Origin: Camelus ferus
Lineage: Eukaryota
Assembly: GCF_009834535.1 (NCBI RefSeq)
Contig: NC_045696.1
Coordinates: forward strand, 94,056,001-94,120,000
Length of the DNA stretch: 64,000 nt
Direction: 5' to 3'
Shown: piece after piece, positions 40,372-53,677 of the stretch
Position numbering within the stretch: position 1 is the stretch's first letter
Layout: the number at the start of each line of letters is the position of its first letter
Position numbers and translations under genes: made by a program
Notes under the pieces: model-generated
What the model was told of the DNA's origin: nothing
The model's input: the letters and a program-made list of their open reading frames with translations, nothing else
Database searches by the model: none

Positions 40372-40572
40372 AAGATAACAGTTATCATGCACTCGGTATG
40401 CTGGGCATGACGCCTGGCACTTTACTTGATTTATCTTATTTAATACTTACAATGACCTCATAAAGTAAGTGAAATATTTGTTTTACAGATGAGGAAGCAG
40501 AGACCAGCTGGTTGCCAACCTTCCCAAGGTCATGTAGAGTCCATGTCAAGATTTGAAACCAGATGGAGCCCA
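40372..40572 (-). mobile_element. MIR SINE (tail-to-tail with the previous copy)
   Basis: ttttacagatgaggaagcagagacc...cccaaggtca...gatttgaaaccag. Confidence 0.75.
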
Positions 40573-42914
40573 TTCTCCCTAAGGGTAAGCTATGGAAGAG
40601 AGGAATGGGCCTCGGGATCATCAGATGGACTTCTGTGAGGGAGGCTTCAGCTTGGACAGAAGGATCTGGAAGTTTTGCTGAGTCACGCTTCTAAACAGAC
40701 ATGGGGAGGCAGGAACATCCGTGGTATGTCAGGATGAGAAGGGAAGCAGTAGGGAGGCAGGAAGCTGCGGAGGAGGCATTATAAGGAAGCAGTGGGAGTG
40801 AGGGAGGAAAAGCATGTGGAACTTCAGGCAAGACATTTGCATGTGCACTGGGGGTGGGGTTAAAGATGGATATGTTGTCTTGAACTTCTAGCACATGGAC
40901 AGGTTGTGAGTTGGGTGAACGAGATGATTGATTTAAGTTGGTTAAAAATGGTACATCTCTGACTCCATGAGGCCAGACCTTCCAGGCTGAATGATTCATC
41001 CTTATGCTGTGCAAACGAGTTTCTTTTCTTGAGAACATATATCAGACAGGTCACACGAGCAATTAGCTGGAAGCAATCTAGAACAAAGGTGAATTGATTC
41101 AAGCTTCACCTATCTACCCCTTAACAAGATCGGGTGAGTTTATATAGTGAAGGGAAGGGAACACAGAGAGGAAGGGGTGGGGAAGGGAGGAGTGAGGCAG
41201 CGCAACCAGTCAAATGGTTCCACAAACAAGCCACGTACACTTCAGTGCCTCTAGCTTTTCCCACGTGCCCCTGACCAGCATTCTTTCTGCCATGACTACT
41301 TTACTCTTCTGGACTGCACTGGTATACCAGGTCAAGTTAACTCTACATTTCTCCGTATTTTGGGACAATATTATGGGTAATATTAAACATCAAGCCATGC
41401 ACTACCTGCTACTATTATGGTTGAAGACATAGAAGCTATGTGTTTGAGCTGAATGATGCAGCCCAAGTTTGTGTCATTCTCTCCCATTTCCAGATGAGAC
41501 TATGGGACACACCAAGGCTGTTCTTCGACTTCATGCCCTATCTCTGATCAGAAATGAATTGTACTGAAATGGAACACTGTGTTTCTATACTGTATTACAG
41601 TTACCTCTTTATCTGACCATGTCTTCCATTTGTGCACTGCATCCCCAAGGAAGGGGCCTGGTAAATCCTTACTGACTGAGTGAATACAATTATATTGAAA
41701 AGGAGCTACATAAAAAGGGACTGTAAGGTGTAACAGAACGAAATGTTCAGTAATACTCCTGGCTTGACCCACCGGTTGTCTAGATAAATTCGTATCATTC
41801 ATCCGTTAGGATTATTTTCTTTCCTCTTACATACTTGACATTTCTTTCCACCAAATCTATGCCCTGGCTTTTGCTGCATCATTGCACCAGCAAGTGTTTG
41901 TAAACTTGGTACTGTGAACAGTTATAAAATGAAGCAGTAATACCATGGGGATGAAAGCTGACTTTTCAGAATATGTCCTATTTGTGAATCAGATTAATTA
42001 TTTAGCAAACCATAAAAATAGCTACTATAACTCTTAAAGCATGATCTTTCCTCCTATTAAGAAAACTGTCTGGAAAAATAATTCTAAGCACTCAGATATG
42101 TCCTACGCTTGTAGCTGGAGGGGGTGTTAGGGACAATTTAGTCCTATGATGACAAAGCTTATTTTTCTCTCTTTAGTGTTAAATTTCACTCTGAGTTATA
42201 ATTATGAAGCTAATGTTATGTCATTATCTCATGAAAAAATAAGATCTTCTTAGCTTACAAGGTTATATTGATAAAGTGATACAGGGTTAAGAACTACGTA
42301 AAGATTTTTCTTTCCCAAGAATTGCTATTCTTTCTCTCTCTAACTGGTAGAAATGGTATACTTCAGTAGAAATTACCCACTTCACCCAATTGGGTCTAAC
42401 ATATAACTTTAAGACACCAAGTTCTTTTCTAAAGTGATGATAGATTTGCAAATTTTCATTTTCTTTTTACTCTTTCTGACAAGTCATATATATCACATGA
42501 TTATTTCAGAGCCCATAAAATTCAAAGAGAGAGTCACAGATGCCAGTGAGTGTGAGAGTTGGTGACCTGGAACAGGCGCTGATGTCACTGACGAACAGCT
42601 TGGCAGTTAGAAGCGCCAATCTTTGGCTCCCACCTACTGAGCCCCGACATCACTTCTCAGCCAGCTTGTGGCATCTCTTTGCTCTTTCCAGTGTCCAATG
42701 GATCTCAAGGATTAACTTCAGCTTAATTATTTTTTAAGTCCACCCTAGGGTTTCTCTTCCCTCCAAATAGGCTTGTTGGGGAGTCAGAGTCCTTTCGTCT
42801 CTCACCCTCTCTTCTGTTTCCTTTTCACCACTCTGTAAAATGCAGAGGAGCTGCTTCATTTTAAGGATCTTACAGTTAATTTTTTAAAAAGAAAGAGAGG
42901 GCAACAAAAAAAAT

Positions 42915-42936
42915 CACACACACACACACACACACA
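42915..42936. repeat. (CA)11 microsatellite
   Basis: Seen directly. Confidence 0.9.
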
Positions 42937-43507
42937 TTTCTCAGAGTCACTCAGATAAAATATGAGAAAGAGTTAACTGGCAGGGCATCTGGGCAAAAAC
43001 AATACTTGATACAATTCCAAAGGAAGATTGCTTATATTTTGCAATCTCGAGTGCGAAAACCTTAAATCTAAGAATCGATCCTATAAGATCTATTTGATTA
43101 AATGATTTATGTTTAATAATAATTAAAAGAGTTCTTTAATTCTAGACTTGTAAAAAAATAATTTGTCAAGAATAACTAAATTCACACTCTGTAACAAGAT
43201 GAGATTCTGTTTAACAACTACAGTCCGATGATGAATGGTCAAGGGTATATATGAGAGTAATAGCTCTCCTCTCATGAGCCCGTACTATTGTAGGAATTAT
43301 ATTAAATGATAACGATGATCTCCACAAACACCTGACACTATACCTATCCCCTCACTTTTAGCAGGTGACCTTCCCATCTTCCTCACAGAGAAAAATAGAA
43401 ATCCCCTTGGTTATTTTTTATCACTGAGCCTACATGTTTTTGTGGACCTGCACCCACTTCCCTTTATTCCTATGATAGTTGAGGTGTCCCTCCTTTTGAG
43501 GCCAATC

Positions 43508-43707
43508 CAATGGTGTTTTGGTAAATGTTGAACAGTCAGCTTTCTGAAAAAGAAAAGTTTCCTTATTTGTAATATTTGTTGGTATCTGTGATGTAAATAC
43601 TGCCATTATGGCTGATTTTAAGCTACCAATATGATATCACTGAACGACGGATGGATGGAGATGTGCACGTAGGCTTTTGCAAGCCACCACCCAGTCAATA
43701 ATCCCTG
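43508..43707 (+). mobile_element. MER63A-like hAT DNA transposon
   Basis: caatggtgttttggtaaatgttgaaca...tgtaaatactgccattatggctgattttaagctaccaa...atcactgaacg. Confidence 0.8.
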
Positions 43708-43719
43708 TCTTCTGAAGAA

Positions 43720-43900
43720 GCAGTAGAGAAAGGTGAACCTGTACGCAGACTCTGGAGTCAGCCTTGCCTGAGTTTGTATCCTGTTTCTAACCATCAACAT
43801 GTCTATGGTTTTGGACAAGTCATAACTTTTTTGTATCTTAGTTTCTTAATTCCTAATTCCTAATTAAAATTATGCTTAATAAAAACATACCCTACAGGGT
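43720..43900 (+). mobile_element. MIR SINE
   Basis: gactctggagtcagccttgcctgagtttgtatcctg...ttggacaagtcataac. Confidence 0.7.
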
Positions 43901-43987
43901 AGAGCAACATCATCTTCCCAATTTGTGACAAAAAGGATAAGATATCTTTGAGACAGAGTACTGTTATTAATCTTCATTTCACAAAAC

Positions 43988-44396
43988 TTCTGTGTCTGTG
44001 GGTCTGTTTCTGTTGTTTATAGATTCATTTGTATTATTTTTTGGATTTAACATATAAATGATATCATATAATGTTTGTCTTTCTCTGTCTGACTTACTTC
44101 CCTCAGTATGATATTCTCTAGGTCCATCCATGTTGCTGTAGAAGGCAATATTTCATTCTTTTTTAAGGCTGAGTAATATTCCATTATATATATGTATGTA
44201 TGTGTGTGTGTATATATATTATACACCACATTTTCTTAAACCAATCATGTATTGATGGGCACTTGGGTTATTTCCATGTCTTGGCTGTTGTAAATAGTGC
44301 TGCTATGAAGTTAGGGTGCACATATCTTTTCAAATTAGAGCTTTCGTCTTTTCTGGATATACAGCCAGGAGTGGGACTGCTGGGTCGCATGGTAGC
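43988..44396 (-). mobile_element. L1 fragment (ORF2 end/3'UTR)
   Basis: ORF 44047-44229 MEYYSALKKNEILP..TWMDLENIILREVSQTEKDKH is the typical translation of the L1 3' region. Confidence 0.92.
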
Positions 44397-44514
44397 TGAC
44401 TGCTTTACCAGTTGCACAGCTACAGTGTGACGTGAGGTATCTTGCGTAGCATCTGCTACCAGTGATTGGATCCTTATTGCCAGCTCTCATTTTAGAACTG
44501 CATTTCTAGGACCA

Positions 44515-44830
44515 TTCATCTTAGGTTGGATTGAAAATGGACCCTGAGACATGATTTTGAATGGAAGAAGTTTACTGGGGTGTGCTCTCATGACATCTGT
44601 AAGAGAAGGTGGGAAGATGAACTGGACAGAGAAAGAGGTTGAAGGGTGATGCGGCTGCACCAGAAGTCTCAGCTGATTTGGTGGGAACTCTGGCACTGGG
44701 ATGGCCCTTCTTGCTTTTATTTGAGGCAAGTGTTCCTCAGCAGTAACAAATAACTGTGTCTGGTCTGTTCACAGAGAGCACATTCTTCCTGAAAGGGAGA
44801 TCTGGGTGGTACACAATGTCAAGCACTATA
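44515..44830 (-). mobile_element. LTR16/LTR33-like ERVL LTR
   Basis: gaccctgagacatg...agtttactggggtgtgctc...gggaactctggcactgggatggcccttc. Confidence 0.6.
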
Positions 44831-44859
44831 CCTTCAGGAAAGATTTTCTACTGGTGACC

Positions 44860-45775
44860 AAAGCACTCTTTCGATTGGCTTTTGTGATGTCACACTTTCC
44901 TGGTTATCCTCCTAACCAGACTTGAAATGCTAGAGTCCTTAAGTCCTGTGCTCTGCCCTCTTGTCATATGACACTCTCTCCCTGAGTGTTCTATCTGATC
45001 CTGTGGCTTCTGTTACCCTCTCTATTCTCTCTGCCAGACATCCAGTTCATTCTTGGTATTTCGAGGCTACTTAGCCTTTCATATACGAGAATAAACTTAT
45101 CTTCCCCTCCAAAACCTGACACTCTTTCATCATTCCCTAACTCTATAAATGACTCTACCATCTATCCAGTTCTGAAACCTAGAAACATGGGGAACCATTC
45201 TGGATACATCCTTTCTCTCATTACCCTATTTTATCAACTTCTTAGCCCTGTTAGTTTTGTCTTTTGACAATTTCTTGACTCCACCTAATTTCTTTCATCT
45301 CCACCACAACACCCTAGTCTAAGTACCATCATCTCTTGGCTAGCAAGCTGTCTAGCCTCCTAAATGATGTACACCCACTCTTGCTCCACTTCAGTCACTT
45401 TGTTCCACAGCTGTAACAGTGGTCTTCAAAATCTTCAGTTCTGATTATGTCATTCTCTTACTTAAAACTCTCCTACGGCTCCTCATGGATCTTTGGATAT
45501 TGCTGAAAAGCCTTACCCTGGCAAAAGCCCTGTTGTGATCTCCTGTTTTATCTTGCCACATGCTGCCCCTTGCTTCCTCTGTGTCAGCTACAGACTCTCA
45601 GTTCCTTGAAAGTGCCATTCTCCCTCCCATCACTAAGTCTTTCTGCATTCTGCACCCTTTCCCTGGAAAACCTGTCCCCACACATGACCCCTTCACTTAG
45701 TTCTTAGTCATGTTTTACATGTCAGGACTAACATCACTACTTCATGGAAATGCATTCATTGAGTGAATAAATAGA
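44860..45775 (+). mobile_element. L2 3' region
   Basis: ccaccacaacaccctagtctaagtaccatcatctc...ctgattatgtcattctcttacttaaaactctcc; ends tgagtgaataaat. Confidence 0.75.
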
Positions 45776-46199
45776 AGAGGCCTATAAGTCTTTTAAGCAT
45801 GAAGAATCTCTGTTTGGAGTCAACTGAAAACAGATCTCTCATTTGTGAAGAGCCCTGGCTCTTGCTTGAGAACTACCACTGAGCATCTCCAGGAGACTGC
45901 ATAAGTTGGTGTTGCTGTGAAATAACTTCCTGATGACTATCATATGGATTATAAACACATCCTAAAGAGACAGTCCTATACCTGTCCTTACTAACATTTA
46001 TTTCACAGGACAAAAGTCCTTGATTCTTATGTAGATAAATATCTCATTAACTCTTTAAACCAGTAAAATCGTTTTAAATGAAATGGTTTTAAATACAACA
46101 GAGGGGGCTACTCTTTTTTAATTTCTTAAAACTGGTCTTCTTTTCCTTCACACTGAGCTCTAGGCAAACATAAATATTTCACATTAGAATTCTGTGCCT

Positions 46200-46592
46200 G
46201 ATACGACTCATGTCATTTCCTCCTTGGAATGCTTTCCTTCCTGAACCATTTTTCTCTGTTTACCGCCCACCCTCAATGTGTACAAATCTTGAGTTTTCAA
46301 GTCCTATCCATCTTCACTTTTTCCTTGGAAAATTTTTCTTATTCTCTGCCCTAAGTTTCCTCTTATCCCAGTAATCCCTCTTCTTTCAGAATTCAGATTT
46401 TCTGCATCTCTCTTATGGTATGCTCTTATATTCTTTACCTGTATTTTAATTTCATGTGTGCAAGTTTATCTTTATTGTATTGTGAGCTCCTTGGAGCTAC
46501 CTATGTTTGAATTTCTTTTTTAAAGTCCTCACTGCACCCGGCATAGTGCCTCGCCCAAAAAAGGAAATCAATCAATGTGTGTTGAATAAACA
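46200..46592 (+). mobile_element. L2 3' end
   Basis: attgtgagctccttggag...ggcatagtgcctcgc...tcaatgtgtgttgaataaa. Confidence 0.65.
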
Positions 46593-46668
46593 ATTCAATT
46601 TAATGAACAAAAGATTTTGGTGACCAGTGATGAAACAAGGACCACAGAGGAGCCAGAGCCTAAATAAA

Positions 46669-47672
46669 CAGATAAATATCCCAATCCAAAAATGGGCAGA
46701 AGACCTAAACAAGCACTCTTCCAATGAAGACATACAAATGGCCAATAGGCACATGAAAAAACGCTCAATATCGCTAAGTATCAAAGAGAAATGCAAATCA
46801 CAACTACAAAGAGGTATCACCTTACACCAGTCAGAATGGCCATAATTTAAAAAATCCACAAATGATAAATGATGGAGAGGGTGTGGAGAAAAAGTGAACA
46901 CTCCTACACTGCTGGTGGGAATGTAGTTTGGTGCAGCCCCTATGAAAAACAGTATGGAGATCCCTCAAAAAACTAAAAATAGATATACCATATGATCCAG
47001 CAATACCACTCCTGGAAGTATATCCAGAGGGAACGCTTATTCAAAAAGATACATGCCTCCCAATGTTCACAGCAGCACTATTTACAATAGCCAAGACATG
47101 GAAGCAGCCTAGATGTCCATTGACAGGTGACTGGAGTAAGAAATTGTGGTATATTTATACAATGGACTACCACTCAGCAATAAAAAAGAATTTGTAGCAA
47201 CATGGATGGACCTGGAGATCGTCATTCTAAGTGAAGTAAGCCAGAAAGAGAAAGAAAAATACCATATGATATCATGCATATGAGGACTCTAAAAAAAATA
47301 AGAAAAGAAAAGGAAAGGAAAAAAATGACACTATGAACTCATCTACAAAAGAAACAGACTCACAGACATAGTAAAAATCTTATGGTTACTAGGGAAAGGG
47401 AGTGGGAAGGGATAAATTTGGGAGTTTGAGATTTACAAATGTTAATCACTATATATACATAAAAACAGATAAAAAACAAATTTCTTCTGTATAGCACAGG
47501 GAACTATATTAAATAATCTCATAATAACCTTTAATGAAAAAGAAAATGAAGATGAATATATGTATATATATGCATGACTGGGACATTGTGCTGTACACCA
47601 AAAATTGATGCATTGTAACTGACTATACTTCAATTTAAACAAACAAACAAACAAACAAACAAATAAATAAAT
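46669..47672 (+). mobile_element. 5'-truncated L1 (ORF2 C-terminal region + 3'UTR) with (AAAC)n/(AAAT)n tail
   Basis: [27 protein letters not shown] is L1 ORF2p; complete 3'UTR; frameshifted. Confidence 0.95.
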
Positions 47673-49619
47673 AGGACAATGGACCAAGAGCCAAATAAAG
47701 GAGCCAAGAGTAAAGGAACCAAAAAAAAAAGAGATCTTGAGACTAAAGTTCAACATTAGATGATTCAGTTGAAGTAGTTGAAATTGTAGGAATTCCAAAA
47801 TCAGGGGCAAGTTAGGTGACTCACATGCTGAATCATGAAACCTCCCTGCTTGAAAGAAGGGTGCTAGTTGGTTTAAATTACTATATTATTTTAAGTGGTT
47901 TTCCTCTTTTAATCTCAAGTTAGAGGAGAAAAATGATGTGTCCTATGACTGGAAAGATATGAGGAGATACTTCAGCAGTGAAACCAATCTTGGGAAGTAG
48001 AATGATAATCTGAAAAGGGGAAACAAAAGCAGAGCAAGAATTCTGTCAAGCTTCTCAAGGATAAATGGGAATGCAATTGCTCACTCAGAAACTTTAAAGT
48101 CCCAAAGAAAGAGAGGGTACAAAGTAAAAAGATTCAGTGGAGTGGTATTAAATGGGAGCCTAGGGAGGCAGAAAGAGTAGGGACAAAAAATAAAACATAA
48201 AAGTCTTCTGTGAAGCTTTAGGATTTATATTTTCTTATCCTCCATCTGTATTTTTGGTGTAATGCAGTCAAAAATTTCTGGTTGACCGAATTCAATTTTC
48301 ACCCTCATGTTCTGATACAATGTAGGTGCAGTTTAAAAAATCCACTGAAAACAATTTGAAATATATCTTTAAACTTACTGATTCTTCTATTTTTTTTTTT
48401 TTTGATTACAGTAGTCACTTTGGACAAAAGGTATAAGAAGTTGGAAAATTTAGACTTCAGATGACTGTAACCACATCATTCAATCCTGCAGTCTCTATAT
48501 TCAAAAAGTCAAGGGAGATAAAGATCTTTATTTGACATCAAGGCATACCAATTTTCAATACCTCAGTTCACACTAATACATTTTATGCATGAGCTCATCT
48601 CTTCTTTCATATTATATGCATTCCTTGGTGCTCGTAAAAGTTTCTCAACACAAGACTCATTGTCTTTGTGTTCTATCACTCTTACATTCTAGAATGCAGG
48701 CACCCAAATAGTAATGATCTCATAGTTGATGAATCAAGTCTTAGATGTACTATGAAAAGGACAGATTATTGCTAGAAGAATTAGGGAACATGAAATGCAG
48801 TGGTATTTTGAATTATACATGCACAAACAAAAGAGGAGCTCGATTTTGTGCAATATCCACGATCATCCATAGGAATGTCTTTCCTTTTCCTTGAAGTCAG
48901 TCTTAATAGCATACATATTATTTACTTATCAAAGTGAAAATTAAAAGCATTAAGTGTAAGCCAAATAACTGGTGATTATAGGAAAAAGTATTCTAAATTA
49001 CAAACTATTTTTCAGGAAAACAAGAACGCTTTGGTTATAGCTTGGCAGTCAGTCTAGTTGTGTAGAATATTGTGTGAATCTGTTAAATGTCAGAACAGAG
49101 TAATAACAGCTCCAGCAAATACTTCTCTTGGTCTATAATGCACATATTTTTAATGTAATAATTTAAAAATCTCTTATTACCTAGCACCAAAGAATTTTTA
49201 TTTACATTTGATCTCAATAATAATCTTAGGGTATTTCTGTCTTTTCTCTCTTTTTTTCCCACTTTATAAGAAAAGAAGTTGAACAGAAACAGTCACTTAT
49301 AGTGGCAATACAAACAAATAATAATAATAAAACACTTCCAGTACTATCTGAGACTTCTTGGGGAAATAATTCCCAGAATATCTATCATATTGAAAGTCTC
49401 CTGGAATCACTGGGACTTAACTGTTACTATACAACAAGAAATGTTTTTCATTAGGGTGCAAAGATCATGTGAATGAGTCATTTTGGGTAATTATTCTTAC
49501 TGAGGACTAGTGGGAGAATTGAATGCACATGGGCAGCACATAGACCAGGGCTGAAAACTTTCTGAAATGACTGTTGTTTTATGAGTAGTTTTTATATTAT
49601 GCCAGGCTCAAATTATTTT

Positions 49620-50460
49620 GATTTTAGTTTGAATTTAATTTTTTTTCAAAATTACATACGCACATAATTTAAGAGCCAAGGGCTACACTAGGTTTGTTTC
49701 CAAAACAACAGTGTCAACTCTTTTTCTTTCCTCTTCCTCAGAAGCAACCACTTTTACGTCCTTTAGTTGACTTTCTTGGTGTCATGCTTTTTAAGATTGT
49801 TACTCCTTGATTTTTCAGTGTTAGCCATTATCTATTCAGTTTCCACTATGTATGACAAGGACTGAGGTCTCTTTTCTCCCTCAGCCCTCGCCATCCTCCC
49901 CAAGGATTATAATTTTGCTTATATGAATATTCAATGTTTATATTATTAATGCTATGAAATGCAATTCAAGGCTGAGCCATATGATAAATTGTTATTTTTC
50001 TATTTCTGTTTTCTCTGGAGTTAATTGCCATTCTTTATCTTCTTTTCCTTAGTTTCCTAATGTGTTCATGGCTAATTCAACCTCAAACCTTTTTGGCAAA
50101 CTTTTTTCTATAAAGAGCCATAAATCTTTTAGACTTGTAGTTCTTTAGACCTTGTGGTATCTGTCACAGCTACTCAACTCTGCTAGTGTAGGTTGGACCC
50201 ACAAGCTGTCGTTTGCTGACCTCAGGTCCAAATCATTCCTCAAGATTTTAGTTGCCTCAGATATTCCATCAGTTTTCTTTTTTTCCCTCCAGAGAAGTTT
50301 CTCATGGGGTTGCTCTCTACGTCAGTATCACAGATGCCATCCTAGTGTGTCCTTCAGCATCATTATGAGGCTTTCCTTTGGTTCTTTTCTTTTGTTGGAT
50401 CTCCTGTTACTTGTACCCCATGTCTTTTCTCTTTCTTGGCTAACTCCCTCACTTAAATGG
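49620..50460 (-). mobile_element. Old L1M 3' fragment hosting MER58
   Basis: cctcagaagcaaccactttt...ttccactatgtatgacaagga...aggctgagccatat. Confidence 0.5.
50092..50225 (+). mobile_element. MER58A-like hAT-Charlie, internally deleted
   Basis: ttggcaaacttttttctataaagagcca...gtcacagctactcaactctgc...gtttgctgacctc. Confidence 0.72.
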
Positions 50461-50464
50461 AAAA

Positions 50465-51434
50465 CAAACAAAGCTGTAGTAATCAAAACAGTGTGGTATT
50501 GGCACAAATACAGACACACAGATCAACAGAACAGAATAGAGAGCCCAGAAATAAATACACACATCTATGATCACTATGACAAAGGAGGCAAGAATATACA
50601 ATAGAGAAAAGACAATCTCTTGAGCAAGTGGTGCTGGGAAAACTGGACAGAAACATATAAAACAATGAGATTAGAACATTCCCTCATACATATATAAAAA
50701 CACACTCAATATGATTTAAAGACTTAAATGTAAGACCTGAAACTATAAACTCCTAGGAGAATATAAGAGGAACACTCTGATGTAAATTGTAGTAGTATTT
50801 TCTTGGAGCTGTCTCCCAAATCAAACAAGGCAAAAATAAATAAATGGGACCTAATTAAACTTAAAAGGTTTTGCACAGAAAAAGAACCATTGACAAAATG
50901 GAATTACAACCTACTGAATGGGAAAAGATATTTGCAAATAATATGACCAATAAGGGGTTAATACCCAATATACATAAACAGCTCATACAACTCAACTTCA
51001 AAAAAACAAACAACCCAATTAAAAAATGGACAGAACTAAATAGACATTTTCCCAAAGAGGAAATGCAAATGGCCAACAGGCACATGAAAAGATGCTGAAT
51101 ATTGCTAATTATCAGGGAAATGCAAATCAAAATGACAATAATATATCACCTCACAGCTGTCAGAATGGCTATCATCAAAAAGGCCACAAATAAGAAATGT
51201 TGGTGAGGATGTGCAGTAAAGGGAACCCTTGTACATCATTGGTGGGAATGTAAATTGGTGCAGCCACTGTGGAAAGCAATTCCATTCCTGGGTATATATC
51301 CAAAAAAATAAACCAAAAACATTACTTTGAAAAGATACATGTAGCCCAATGTTCACAGCAGCATTATTTACAATATCCAAGACTTGGAAGCAACCTAAGT
51401 GCCTGTTAATAGATGACTGGCTTAAGAAGATGTG

Positions 51435-51495
<61 letters not shown>

Positions 51496-51940
51496 CATAA
51501 CGGAATATTACTCAGCCATAGAAAAGAATGAAATATTGACATTTGCAACATGTGGATGCACCTAGAGAATATTACATTCAGTGAAATAAGTCAAAGACAA
51601 ATACTTTATGACTTCACTTATATGTGGAATCTAAAAAATAATACAAATTAAAGTATATGCAAAACAGAAACAGACTCACAGATATATAAAACAAACTTGT
51701 GATTACCAAAGGGGAGAGGGAAGGAGGAAGGGACAAATTAGGGGTATGGAGTAACAGATACAAACTACTATATCTCAAATAGATAAGCAACAAGGATATA
51801 CTATATAGCAAAGGGAATTACACCTATTATCTTGTAATAACCTGTAATGGAGTATAATCTGCAAAAAAAACTGAATCACTATGCTGTACACCTGAAACTA
51901 ACACAATATTGGACATCAACTATACTTTTTTAAAAAAAAA
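50465..51940 (+). mobile_element. 5'-truncated L1 (~1.5 kb; ORF2 3' part + 3'UTR), disrupted
   Basis: [29 protein letters not shown] and [11 protein letters not shown]...[13 protein letters not shown] are L1 ORF2p; A tail at ~51932-51940. Confidence 0.95.
51440..51490. repeat. (GT)25 microsatellite within L1
   Basis: Seen directly. Confidence 0.95.
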
Positions 51941-53219
51941 GGGATGGAATTAAATTAACAGAGATTTGTTCTTCTCTTAACCCTGATAGCTCCAGAATGA
52001 CTTTCACTGTGATTGCATCATAATGGTGGACAAAAAGGTCTATAGTATAATTGCACTACAAAGTTTCAGAGAATCGATGTGATGCCTCATACAAGTGTTG
52101 CCTTTGAGCAGATGGGACTGGCTGTGTACTTTTAGGTCTTTCTTAAGATAGAAATAACTTTATCAAATTGATATTTGCTCATAGCAGTTAGAGTAATTGT
52201 TGAATACAGTACTGAATGTATCTTACAGCATTTGATTTCCTACAAATAAGGAAATTAAATACTTAAAATATATTAAACTAAAATATATTAATTCAAGAAA
52301 TAATTTTGTGGCAATTAAATTGGAAAACTAACAGGGAAATATATTGTTTTCTTGATGTCAATGAAATCTAGTTTGTAGTGTGTTTTTAAGAGAATGTTGA
52401 TATTCCCAGATTTGTTAGGAAACACGTTCACAGCATGAATGGATTAGATAAGAACTAGGTATATTCCTGAACTCCACTATTCTATACTAACATACCTAAT
52501 GGTTTATTTAAATACCCAAGTAGAAACGGGATTCCTGAAGCTGATAGGTGGCTTCAACTTTGACCTTTGTGGCCTTAGGTTTCCTTAATGTTACTTTTAT
52601 GTCCTTTAATTTTAGGTGCAGTATTGGTGGAAATGTGTCATGTAATCATGGCTTTACTATGGTAATGGCACAGTGTAATGGTAATTATCAAACAAACCCT
52701 AAAGCAGTTGTGCATGTAAATTAGGCCCATTTCTCATTAGGGATTTTGCCAATATATTTCTAATTTATGAATTTCTACATCGTTTGAAATCAGGCTTAAC
52801 ATCAATCTCTCTATCCACTTCATGATTAAGAAAGCCATGAAGCTCATAAAAGCATCATTGTTCAGAATATGTCTTTCCACTTTCTGATTCTGTCTTTGAA
52901 AAACTTCTCTGGAAAAAGTTTTTTAATCCTATTCTTCCTTTTAGATGTAAGCAATATAAACCCTTGGCTCTATTGCAGAATGTTCTTTAATACATCACAC
53001 CCAGTAAAGGAGGAGTGTTCTTTTAAAAATAGTTTTAATTACTTTGGGGGTCAAAATCACTCTCAAATTGGATAAATGATGGGAAAAATGGAATCATGTT
53101 TTTTTGGAAGGTGCCACTGACTTATAGAGACTGTCCCAAGAGTTGCATAAGAATATATTGATAAAAAAGAGTAATAAACTTTAAGAATATGGCTTAGAAA
53201 AATGTAGTCTACTCCCAAG

Positions 53220-53677
53220 CATGGAAATAAATGAAGACCAGTCAAATGACAGCCAGTAAGGGCTATTCATTCAGAACCTGCTACAGCAAGAGAGTCAGCC
53301 ACCATAATTTGTGTTTGGCAGAAACTCAGAGGCAGGCAGAGAAGTGGGACAGCTTGTGAGTGGAAAAAAGGAGGGCTTCAGGTGCGCCCTGATTGGAAAC
53401 TGTTGGTGTGGGGAAGCTGGAGGTCAGGTAACTAGAAGTCGGACATCCTATGAGGTTGGTTAAGGTCATGTATTTGGCTTTATCCCATTGGTCCTAAGTT
53501 GGTAGCAGGGGCAAAAATTAGGGAAGCTGTTGGTTATTGATCAAGTTCTGACCCTCTGGGGCTGATTTCTATCTAGGTTGTGGTTTGGCTTGCTGGACTG
53601 GCTGCTGCAGGTTGTAAGACAGAGTTCTGTTTTAATATCTGGTCTGGCTATTATGTGTCTGTATATTCAGTCTCTCG
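53220..53677 (-). mobile_element. MER31-like ERV1 solo LTR
   Basis: Minus strand begins gagagactgaatatacagac...gccagacc...aacagaactctg...acctgcagcagcc and ends ggtcttcatttatttcca; near-TSD caag/cagg. The LTR call is firmer than the family name. Confidence 0.7.

Noticed and set aside
40185..40572. Tail-to-tail MIR pair as a dsRNA hairpin
   Set aside because: Copies are too diverged for an extended stem.
41087..41111. Small hairpin aggtgaa...ttcacct
   Set aside because: A 7-bp stem is expected by chance in 64 kb; no miRNA-length pairing.
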